Shown one piece after another: positions 16,729 through 24,539 of a stretch of 34,147 bases of DNA. The number at the start of each line of letters is the position of its first letter. The stretch's first letter is position 1. The stretch lies in the IMG/VR virus record IMGVR_UViG_3300042503_001676, positions 1 through 34,147 of that record, one strand, 5' to 3'. The DNA comes from a virus. Taxonomy: Duplodnaviria; Caudoviricetes. The notes beneath the pieces were generated by a model. The model searched no databases. It was given only the letters and a program-made list of their open reading frames with translations, and had not been told where the DNA came from. Made by a program: the position numbers and the translations under genes.

Positions 16729-16848
16729 GAAGCCAAGCGAATAGTGTCGTGCGGACACTTTTCGAACGGACAAAAACAGCGGATTGGGCTAGGTTTTCTG
16801 CCATCCTCGCGAGACGAGCGCGCTAGCGTCGCACGAGCGCAAGAGCCC

Positions 16849-16890
16849 GGGTCCTTCCGGGCGCCTGCGCAATGCTGGCGGGCGACGCGC
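16849..16890 (+). other. Lambda-like cos site (cosQ plus cosN)
   Basis: GGGTCCT (lambda cosQ heptamer) at 16849-16855 followed by TCCGG, then GGCGGGCGACGC at 16877-16888 (8/12 match to lambda cohesive end GGGCGGCGACCT); phage encodes a GpA-type terminase. Confidence 0.7.
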
Positions 16891-17074
16891 GAAACATCGC
16901 TAGCGTCAGGGTCGGTTTTTGGGAAGCCATGCCACCCGGCGCCGCAGCGCCAATCGCTGCAAGCCCCGTCGAACCGAAGCTTTTTTCGACCGCGCATCGT
17001 GGACGCTGGACCCCCGCATGGAGTCCAGGATCCGGACCCCGCGCGGCATCCACGAACCTGGACACCCGCCCTTC

Positions 17075-18397
17075 ATGACGCTCAGCTTCGCCCCCGAGCG
17101 GATCGAGACCTGGCCGCTGGCCAAGCTGGCGCCCTATGCCGCCAATCCGAAGGCCCATGATGACGATCAGGTGGCCAAGCTCGCCGCCAGCATGGCCGAG
17201 TTCGGCTGGACGGTGCCTTGTCTTGTCGCCGAGGATGGCGAACTGATCGCCGGACACGGCCGCGTCCTGGCCGCCACGCGGCTTGGCTTGACCGAGGCGC
17301 CCGTCATCGTCCTCGGCCATCTGAGCGAGGCTCAGCGCCGCGCCTATCGGATCGCCGACAACAAGCTCACGGAACTCGGCAGCTGGGATCAGGCGCTGCT
17401 CTCCGGGGAGCTTCAGAGCCTTCTGGCCGATGATTTCGACTTGTCGCTGGTTGGCTTTTCCGACGGCGAACTCGACAAGCTTCTCGCCTTCGATCCCGAA
17501 GCGGCCGAGGGAGGTTCTGATGCCAATGGCTCGACGCCGCCGCTGACCATTCCCGAGCCGCCCCGCAATCCGGCGTCGCGCACGGGCGATCTTTGGATCC
17601 TCGGCGACCACCGGCTTCTTTGCGGTGACAGCACCAGCCACGCTGATGTGCGCCGCCTGATGAATGGCGAGCGCGCCGTGCTGTTCGCAACCGACCCGCC
17701 CTATCTTGTCGACTATGACGGCACCAATCACCCCACGCAGAACAAGGATTGGTCACCATCCTACGGCGTGACATGGGACGACAGTTCTCAGGGCGCCGAG
17801 CTCTATGACAATTTCATCGCAGCGGCTGTTGCCGAGGCAATCACCGATGACGCCGCCTGGTACTGCTGGCACGCGTCACGCCGGCAAGCCATGCTGGAGG
17901 CGTGCTGGGACAAAGCCGGCGCCTTCGTCCATCAGCAGATCATCTGGGTGAAGGACCGTGGCGTTCTCACCCGGTCGCATTACCTTTGGAAGCATGAGCC
18001 CTGCTTCATGGGCTGGCGTCGCCCGAACCGTCCGCCGAAAGTGGCGGAGGAGACGCTGCCATCGACCTGGGATCTGCCGAGTTTAGCGAGAGACGAGCGC
18101 CCGGACCACCCGACACCGAAACCGCTCGACGCCTTTGGGATCCCGATGCGCCAGCATGTGGCGCGTGGCGGGCTCTGCTACGAACCATTTTCAGGCTCCG
18201 GCTCGCAGATCATGGCCGGTGAAGCGAATGCTCGCCGCGTCTTCGCGATGGAGATCAGCCCGGCCTATGTCGATGTCGCCGTGGAGCGGTGGCAGGCACA
18301 AACGCGCGGCGTCGCGATCCTTGAAGGTGACGGGCGAAGCTTCGACGCCATCAAGGCCGAGCGGCTTGGCACAACCCCAACAACGGATGCGGCATGA
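17075..18397 (+). CDS. ParB-like N-terminal domain plus N6/N4 DNA methyltransferase
   Basis: ATG at 17075; L.PYA.NPK.H...FGWTVP..LIAGHGR..YRIADNKL; HRLLCGDS, TDPPY, HPTPKP, EPFSGSGS, EISPAYVDVAVERW. Confidence 0.92.
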   Translation: MTLSFAPERIETWPLAKLAPYAANPKAHDDDQVAKLAASMAEFGWTVPCLVAEDGELIAGHGRVLAATRLGLTEAPVIVLGHLSEAQRRAYRIADNKLTELGSWDQALLSGELQSLLADDFDLSLVGFSDGELDKLLAFDPEAAEGGSDANGSTPPLTIPEPPRNPASRTGDLWILGDHRLLCGDSTSHADVRRLMNGERAVLFATDPPYLVDYDGTNHPTQNKDWSPSYGVTWDDSSQGAELYDNFIAAAVAEAITDDAAWYCWHASRRQAMLEACWDKAGAFVHQQIIWVKDRGVLTRSHYLWKHEPCFMGWRRPNRPPKVAEETLPSTWDLPSLARDERPDHPTPKPLDAFGIPMRQHVARGGLCYEPFSGSGSQIMAGEANARRVFAMEISPAYVDVAVERWQAQTRGVAILEGDGRSFDAIKAERLGTTPTTDAA

Positions 18398-18636
18398 AGC
18401 AGTCTCGACACATGTCGCTGGTGGAGTCGCTTGCCAATGTCGCGGTCGGCTACGGCATCGCCGTGTTGACCCAGATCGCAGTCTTTCCGTTTTTCGGGCT
18501 CCACGTGTCGCTTGCCGACAATCTCGTTATGGGCGCGGTGTTCACCATCGTCTCGATCGCAAGGTCATTCACGTTGCGCCGCGTGTTCGAGGAATTGCGG
18601 GTGAGATCTGAACGAAGAAGCGCCGCCAAGCTTTGA
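18394..18636 (+). CDS. Small two-TM membrane protein
   Basis: 80 aa MKQSRHMSLVESLANVAVGY...FTIVSIARSFTLRRVFE; ATGA overlap with the methyltransferase. Confidence 0.8.
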   Translation: MKQSRHMSLVESLANVAVGYGIAVLTQIAVFPFFGLHVSLADNLVMGAVFTIVSIARSFTLRRVFEELRVRSERRSAAKL

Positions 18637-18657
18637 TGCCAGACGGCGCTTCTCGTT
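18611..18657. terminator. Inverted repeat between convergent genes (possible terminator)
   Basis: AGAAGCGCCG(18616-18625)/CGGCGCTTCT(18644-18653) with AACG/CGTT extension; loop is large. Confidence 0.45.
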
Positions 18658-18663
18658 GATGCG

Positions 18664-19203
18664 TCATACGATCCTGTAGACACGCCCCCGGCCGTCGATC
18701 TTCTCCGAGGTCACGTCGAGACCCAGCTTCTTCTTGAGCGCGCCGGCAATCGCGCCGCGCACCGTGTGCGCCTGCCAGTCGAATGCTGCAACGATCTCCT
18801 CGATGCTGGCGCCTTCGGGACGCCGGAGCATTTCGATGAGCTTGGCCTGCTTGCTGTCTGCGCGCGTGCGCGTTTTGGCTGTGCGGTCAATCTCAGGGGC
18901 CTTGTTCGACTTGGGTTTCTCGCCCGCCTCGCTGTGGGCGTTCTCCGGCTCGATGCCAATGGCGGCCAGCCCTTGCTCGGTGATTGCGAGCGTGACGCCA
19001 TGGCCGTCGCCGGTTTTGCGCCAGACCGGTTCGCCAATACGCGGGTCAGCGTCGACTTCTTCGAGCAAGCCCTGCTTGAGCAGCGAAGAAACAACTTTTT
19101 GCGCCGCGCCGCCCTTGAGGTTCTGCGGCAAAGGTAGCGCCAGCAAGTTGGCGCGCTGGGCGGCGGCGGTGAGAATGACGAGCTGCGTGTCGGAAAGCTT
19201 CAT
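18664..19203 (-). CDS. DUF3489-like winged-helix protein
   Basis: 179 aa; KLSDTQLVILTAAAQR N-terminus; SKQAKLIEMLRRPEGASIEEI...WQAHTVRGAIAGALKKKLGL...GRVYRI. Confidence 0.9.
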   Translation of the reverse strand: MKLSDTQLVILTAAAQRANLLALPLPQNLKGGAAQKVVSSLLKQGLLEEVDADPRIGEPVWRKTGDGHGVTLAITEQGLAAIGIEPENAHSEAGEKPKSNKAPEIDRTAKTRTRADSKQAKLIEMLRRPEGASIEEIVAAFDWQAHTVRGAIAGALKKKLGLDVTSEKIDGRGRVYRIV

Positions 19204-19310
19204 GCTGGGATCCTTTTGGTCTGAGCGGCGTCCGCGACCATCGCGGCGCTGCTAGGACCCCAAGCCCCGCCGGCGATGCCGGTCGGGGCCGTGAGCGCGC
19301 TGGGCGCTCG

Positions 19311-19532
19311 TCAGTCGGCGTATTCGCCTTCCTTGAAGGCGCTGTCGGTGATGCGCTTCAGCAGCTCTGCGTAATGGGCAAGGGTTCCGACATGCCCCCA
19401 ATGGATCTCCTCCGGGGCGTAGTCGAAATGGTCATCGCTGAGTGCCTGCAGGCGTGCGAGCGCTGCGTCGATTTCGGCCTTCCTGGCGATGAAGGCGTCG
19501 AGGGCGGTCTGCTTGGCGGCGGTCTTGGTCAT
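19311..19532 (-). CDS. Small hypothetical protein upstream of the DUF3489-like gene
   Basis: ATG at 19532 with CAGGAG RBS; 73 aa ALDAFIARKAEIDA.LARLQALSDDHF..PEEIHWGHVG.L. Confidence 0.85.
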   Translation of the reverse strand: MTKTAAKQTALDAFIARKAEIDAALARLQALSDDHFDYAPEEIHWGHVGTLAHYAELLKRITDSAFKEGEYAD

Positions 19533-19666
19533 GGCGCTCTCCTGCGCTTGATTGTGGCTCCATACAGGCTCTGATCGACGCACCTAGCAAGGCGATAAGC
19601 ACATCATTTCATTGCTTTTTTGGCTGCCAACAGCCCGAATGGCAGTGGTCGCCCGGGTGTTCGCCC

Positions 19667-19702
19667 TTGCCAAATTTTGCCAAAGCGCCTATCTTGCCAG
19701 CA
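19667..19702 (+). promoter_or_regulatory. Sigma70-type promoter/operator of parDE, probably leaderless
   Basis: TTGCCA(19667-72)-N17-TATCTT(19690-95); ATG at 19702 lies 7 nt after the -10; TTGCCAAA repeated at 19667 and 19677. Confidence 0.65.
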
Positions 19703-19941
19703 TGAGCACGATGAACATTTCCCTGCCGGAATCGCTCAAGTCCTTTGTGGACGAGCAGGTGACCACGCGCGGCTTTGGGACGAGCAGCGAATATGTGCGC
19801 GAGCTCATTCGCAAGGACCTCGACCGGCAGCGTCTGCGTGGCTTGCTGCTGCAAGGCGCCCAGTCAGCGCCGGCTGCAACGGCAGATGACGGCTATTTCG
19901 AGGGTCTGCGCGCCAGGGTCCGCAGCAATCGGACGACGTGA
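19702..19941 (+). CDS. parD: ParD-family ribbon-helix-helix antitoxin
   Basis: 79 aa MSTMNISLPESLKSFVDEQV..RGFGTSSEYVRELIRKD....LRGLLLQG..S. Confidence 0.9.
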   Translation: MSTMNISLPESLKSFVDEQVTTRGFGTSSEYVRELIRKDLDRQRLRGLLLQGAQSAPAATADDGYFEGLRARVRSNRTT

Positions 19942-20267
19942 CCGCCAAGCCGGTCATTCCGCGCGAGCTTGCCAACCGGGACATCGAAGAGGCGCTCGAC
20001 CAATATCTCGACCAAGGCGGTGAAGCCGTCGCCTTGGGGTTCGTCGACGCTTTGGAGCGAGCCTACCAGCATGTCGGTCGGCACCCTGCAAGCGGCTCCA
20101 GCCGCTATGCCCATGAGCTCGATTTGCAGGGCCTCAAGTTCTGGCCGCTGAAGCGCTATCCCTATCTCGTGTTCTACGTCGAGCGCGAGACCCACATCGA
20201 CGTCTGGCGCGTGCTCCATGCCGAGCGCGACATCCCTGCCTGGATGAAGGATCCGGACGTCACCTGA
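19938..20267 (+). CDS. parE: RelE/ParE-family toxin
   Basis: 109 aa A.RDIEEA...Y...A..F...LE......HPASGS.RY...L...YPYLVFY....IDVWRVLH..RD; GTGA overlap with the antitoxin. Confidence 0.9.
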   Translation: MTAKPVIPRELANRDIEEALDQYLDQGGEAVALGFVDALERAYQHVGRHPASGSSRYAHELDLQGLKFWPLKRYPYLVFYVERETHIDVWRVLHAERDIPAWMKDPDVT

Positions 20268-20282
20268 CGTCAGGACCTATCC

Positions 20283-20846
20283 ATGAAGGGCATGAGCGAG
20301 CGCCAATACGCGGCCCATGTCGGGCTGTCGCGTGGCGCGATCCAGAAGGCCAGGCTCGCAGGGCGGCTTGTTCTGCTACCAGACGGCTCGATCGACGCTG
20401 CGGCCAGTGACGCGCGCCGCGCCGCCATGACGGACCCGTCCAAGCAGCGGTCTACGCCGAGCGCCACGAAGCTGAGGCCTGTCCCGGATGCCGCCCTCTC
20501 GGCGGTGGGCGACACGCTGCGGGAGAATGGCATCGCCACGCCGCCCAACGGTGGCGGGACGACCTTTCTGCAAGCCAAGACCGCCAATGAGGTTCTGAAG
20601 GCGCAGGAGCGCCGCCTCAGGCTTCAGAAAATGAAGAACGAGGTGGTCGACCGGTCACGGGCGACTGCGCTGGTGTTCCGCCTCGCGCGCGAGGAGCGCG
20701 ACACATGGGTGAATTGGCCCGCGCGCATCGCAGCCCTGATGGCGGCCGAACTCGGCGTCGAGGCGCATCCGATGCAAAAAGTTCTGGAGACGCATGTCCG
20801 CGCCCATCTCGCCGAGCTTGCCGAGCTCCGACCCGAATTCCGCTGA
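20283..20846 (+). CDS. terS: Terminase small subunit (Nu1-like winged HTH plus coiled coil)
   Basis: MSERQYAAHVGLSRGAIQKA...DGSID; helical C-terminus; immediately upstream of and overlapping the large subunit. Confidence 0.8.
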   Translation: MKGMSERQYAAHVGLSRGAIQKARLAGRLVLLPDGSIDAAASDARRAAMTDPSKQRSTPSATKLRPVPDAALSAVGDTLRENGIATPPNGGGTTFLQAKTANEVLKAQERRLRLQKMKNEVVDRSRATALVFRLAREERDTWVNWPARIAALMAAELGVEAHPMQKVLETHVRAHLAELAELRPEFR

Positions 20847-22836
20847 CGCGGACCTTCGGTTCGTTGAGGCTTTCGCCTTCGAAGGCGCCGACGAGCTCTG
20901 GAGATCCTGGCGCGACGGGCTCACGCCCGATCCACTTCTCACGGTTTCGGAATGGGCTGACCGCCATCGCTTTTTGAGCCCACGTGCTTCGGCCGAGCCC
21001 GGGCGCTACAGAACGGATCGTACGCCCTACATGCGCGCGATCATGGACGCGCTATCGCCGTCCCATCCCGTGCGGCGCATCGTCTTCATGAAGGCAGCGC
21101 AGGTCGGCGCGACGGAAGCAGGAAACAACTGGATCGGCTATGTCATCCATCACGCACCGGGGCCGATGCTCTCGGTGCAGCCGACGGTAGAGCTTGCCAA
21201 GCGCTTCTCGCGCCAACGCATCGAGCCGCTGATCGCCGAAAGCCCGAGCTTACGCGAACGGGTCAAACCGTCCCGCGCGCGTGACGCCGGCAACACCGTC
21301 CTGTCGAAGGAATTCCCGGCGGGTCTTTTGGTCATCACCGGCGCGAACAGCGCGGTCGGCCTACGCTCCATGCCGGCGCGCTATTTGTTTCTCGACGAGG
21401 TGGACGCCTATCCGCCTTCGGCTGATGAAGAAGGCGATCCGGTCGCGCTCGCTGAGGCGCGCACCAGGACCTTCTCGTGGCGATCGAAAGTGTTTCTCGC
21501 TTCGACGCCGACGATCCATGGCGTGTCCCGGATCGAGCGCGAATTCGAGGCGTCCGATCAACAGCGTTTCTTCGTGCCATGCCCGCATTGCCAACACCGC
21601 CAATGGCTGCGTTTCGAGAGGCTCCGCTGGGATAAGGGCAAGCCGGAGACGGCGCACTACATCTGCGACGCCTGTGATGCGCCGATCGAAGAGCATCACA
21701 AGATCGCAATGCTCGAAGACGGCGAATGGCGTGCGACCGCTGAGGCGACGGATCCCGGTACGATTGGGTTCCACCTCTCGGCGCTCTATTCCCCGGTCGG
21801 CTGGATGAGCTGGGCGATGATCGCCCGGATGTGGGAGACTTCGCAGTCGAGCGACGAAGCCAAGCGCAGCTTCAAGAACAGCGTTCTGGGCGAGACCTGG
21901 ATCGAGACCGGAGACGCGCCGGACTGGCAGCGGCTTTATGAACGCCGCGAGGATTGGCAGATCGGCACTGTGCCGAGTGGCGGCTTGTTTCTCACCGCCG
22001 GCGCTGACGTGCAGAAAGACCGGATCGAGGTTTCGATCTGGGCTTGGGGACGGGATCTGACGAGTTGGCTCGTCGATCACATCGTCATCGATGGCGGACC
22101 CGATAACCCAGAATGCTGGTCGGAATTGGCTAGCCTCTTGGAGCGAACTTGGCCTCACGCGCATGGCGCAAGGCTCGGCCTCGCCAAACTCGGGATCGAC
22201 ACGGGCTACGAAGCGTCTGCCGTCTATTCCTGGGCGCGCGCCATGGGACACGGACAGGTGGCGCCGCTCAAAGGCGTTGAGGGCTTCAATCGTACCGCGC
22301 CGGTCCTCGGTCCAAGCTTTGTGGATGTGACGGAAGCGGGCAAAAGACTGCGCCGTGGCGCCCGGCTCTGGACCGTCGCGGTCGCCACCTTCAAGAGCGA
22401 GACCTATCGCTATCTGCGCCTTGTGCGGCCGACTGATGAGGACATTCTCGCAGGCGCGCGCCATCCGGCCGGATATGTGCACTTGCCGCGCGGACTTGAG
22501 GCGGAATGGGTCAAGCAGCTCGTCGCGGAGCAGCTGATCAGCGTGAAGACCCGTCGCGGGTTTCAGAAGCTCGAATGGCAGAAGCTCAGAGAGCGCAACG
22601 AGGTGCTCGACTGCCGGGTCTATGCGCGCGCAGCGGCATGGATTGCCGGCGCCGATCGCTGGACAGACGAGAAGTGGCGCGACCTGGAGGATCAGGTCGG
22701 GCCCATGCCCAAACAGATGATGGATGTGAAATCCGACGCATCGATCGCAGCCGGTGTGCTGGCGCGTGCGCCCTCCATGGGTGGCAAGCGCCGGTCTGAC
22801 TGGCTCTCGGGCGTCGACAAAGGATGGCTGCGATGA
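20794..22836 (+). CDS. terL: Terminase large subunit (lambda GpA family)
   Basis: TVSEWAD, RTPY, KAAQVGATE, LFLDEVD, ASTPT, PCPHC...CDAC, GADVQ, IDTG, RNEVLDC; exact start uncertain. Confidence 0.96.
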   Translation: MSAPISPSLPSSDPNSADADLRFVEAFAFEGADELWRSWRDGLTPDPLLTVSEWADRHRFLSPRASAEPGRYRTDRTPYMRAIMDALSPSHPVRRIVFMKAAQVGATEAGNNWIGYVIHHAPGPMLSVQPTVELAKRFSRQRIEPLIAESPSLRERVKPSRARDAGNTVLSKEFPAGLLVITGANSAVGLRSMPARYLFLDEVDAYPPSADEEGDPVALAEARTRTFSWRSKVFLASTPTIHGVSRIEREFEASDQQRFFVPCPHCQHRQWLRFERLRWDKGKPETAHYICDACDAPIEEHHKIAMLEDGEWRATAEATDPGTIGFHLSALYSPVGWMSWAMIARMWETSQSSDEAKRSFKNSVLGETWIETGDAPDWQRLYERREDWQIGTVPSGGLFLTAGADVQKDRIEVSIWAWGRDLTSWLVDHIVIDGGPDNPECWSELASLLERTWPHAHGARLGLAKLGIDTGYEASAVYSWARAMGHGQVAPLKGVEGFNRTAPVLGPSFVDVTEAGKRLRRGARLWTVAVATFKSETYRYLRLVRPTDEDILAGARHPAGYVHLPRGLEAEWVKQLVAEQLISVKTRRGFQKLEWQKLRERNEVLDCRVYARAAAWIAGADRWTDEKWRDLEDQVGPMPKQMMDVKSDASIAAGVLARAPSMGGKRRSDWLSGVDKGWLR

Positions 22837-23042
22837 GCTGGACGACAACTGAACTCGATGCCCTGCGGCGCGCCTATGCCTCCGGCACGCTGCGGGTCAG
22901 CTACGAGGGCAAGACCGTCGAATACGGATCTGCCGCCGACCTGCTGTCGCGGATCCGCACGATCGAGCGTGAATTGGCCGGGACTGCGATCGACCGCGCT
23001 CCCGTGGCAGGTCTTGCCGGTTTCGCGCGCGGGGATCGCTGA
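22833..23042 (+). CDS. Head-tail joining protein (gpW-like)
   Basis: 69 aa LDALRRAYASGTLRVSYEGKTVEYGS..DL; located between terminase and portal as in lambda. Confidence 0.88.
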   Translation: MSWTTTELDALRRAYASGTLRVSYEGKTVEYGSAADLLSRIRTIERELAGTAIDRAPVAGLAGFARGDR

Positions 23043-24529
23043 TGGGCCGCGTGACCTGGCTTGATCGCGCTATCGGCTCGGTCGCGCCACGCACGGCGCT
23101 CAGACGGGTCCAGGCGCGCGACAGTCTCGATGCCTTGGTACGCGGCTATGATGGCGCAGCCAAGGGACGACGGACAGATGGCTGGCGGAGTGTCGGCACA
23201 TCCGCCGATAGCGAGATCGGGACCGCCGGCGCCCTGCTCCGGGATCGCATGCGCGACCTTGTGCGGAACAACCCGCACGCTGCAAAAGCGGTGTCGGTTC
23301 TCGTGAACAACATCATCGGCTCGGGGATCATTGCCCGTGCTGCGAGCGGCAATGACAAGCTCGACGCGCAGGCAACGGCCCTCTGGGAAGCATGGTCGAC
23401 CCGCTGCGATGCTGACGGGCAGCTCGACTTCCTGGGGATCCAGACGCTCGCCTGTCGACAGATGGTCGAAGCGGGCGAAGTTCTGATCCGGCGCAGACCG
23501 CGACGGGCAAGTGATGGGCTCGATGTACCGCTGCAATTGCAGCTCCTCGAAGCCGACATGCTTGATGCGGGCCGCAACGGCGATCTCGTCGATGGCGGGC
23601 GGATCGTGCAAGGCGTCGAGTTCAACGGCCTCGGCCAACGGCGAGCCTATTGGCTCTATGCGCAGCACCCTGGCGATACCGTCGTGACCACAAGGCGCCG
23701 GCTCGACAGCCTGGCGATCCCGGCCAGCGACATTGCCCATCTCTACGAGAAACAGCGTACCCAGGTCCGGGGCGTGCCGTGGGGCACGCCGGTGATGCGA
23801 GCGCTCCGCGATCTCGACGACTGGACGCAGGCAGAGCTCGTTCGCAAGAAGACCGAAGCCTGCGTGGTTGGGATCGTGCTTGGCGCCGATGAAGGCGAAC
23901 AGGGCATCGCGCCATCGGTAGTCGATGCGGATGGCAACAGGGTCGAGCAATTTGAGCCTGGCCTCATCGCCTATGCCCGTGGTGGGAAGGATATCCGCTT
24001 CAATCAACCGGCGACCACAGCCGGTGTCTCGGAATGGCTCCGGGCGCAGCTGCATATCGTGGCGGCGGGCTTTCGGATGCCCTATGAGCTGCTGACCGGC
24101 GACCTCAGCCAAGTCAACTACTCTTCCATTCGCGCTGGGCTCGTCGAATTTCGCCGTCTGATCGATGCGGTGCAATGGCAAATCATCATCCCGATGCTCT
24201 GCCAACCCAGCTGGGACTGGTTCACCGAACAAGCCTGGGCGGCAGGTAAGTTGCCGCAGCCCCGCATTCCGGTCGAATGGTCGCCACCGCGCTTCGAGGC
24301 GGTCGATCCGCTCAAAGACGCCATGGCGGATCTTCTCGCCATGCGCTCGGGCACCATGACGCTGGCGCAGGCCATCGCCCGGCAAGGCCATAACCCTGAC
24401 GCGGTGCTGGCGGAGATCGCCGCCATGAACGCCAAGCTCGATGCGCTTGGGCTCGTTCTCGACAGCGATCCGCGCCGCGTCACCAAGACCGGTGTGATGC
24501 AAGCCGATCCGGCTTTCACCTCTACCTAA
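23042..24529 (+). CDS. Portal protein, lambda family
   Basis: 495 aa; YDGA..GRR, LRDRMRDLVRNN, QVRGVPW, YELLTGDLSQVNYSSIRAGL, VDPLKD. Confidence 0.96.
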   Translation: MGRVTWLDRAIGSVAPRTALRRVQARDSLDALVRGYDGAAKGRRTDGWRSVGTSADSEIGTAGALLRDRMRDLVRNNPHAAKAVSVLVNNIIGSGIIARAASGNDKLDAQATALWEAWSTRCDADGQLDFLGIQTLACRQMVEAGEVLIRRRPRRASDGLDVPLQLQLLEADMLDAGRNGDLVDGGRIVQGVEFNGLGQRRAYWLYAQHPGDTVVTTRRRLDSLAIPASDIAHLYEKQRTQVRGVPWGTPVMRALRDLDDWTQAELVRKKTEACVVGIVLGADEGEQGIAPSVVDADGNRVEQFEPGLIAYARGGKDIRFNQPATTAGVSEWLRAQLHIVAAGFRMPYELLTGDLSQVNYSSIRAGLVEFRRLIDAVQWQIIIPMLCQPSWDWFTEQAWAAGKLPQPRIPVEWSPPRFEAVDPLKDAMADLLAMRSGTMTLAQAIARQGHNPDAVLAEIAAMNAKLDALGLVLDSDPRRVTKTGVMQADPAFTST

Positions 24530-24539
24530 GGACAATCAC

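Noticed and set aside
17075-18397. Restriction-modification system
   Set aside because: No cognate restriction endonuclease nearby; the orphan ParB-fused methyltransferase is typical of phage packaging regions
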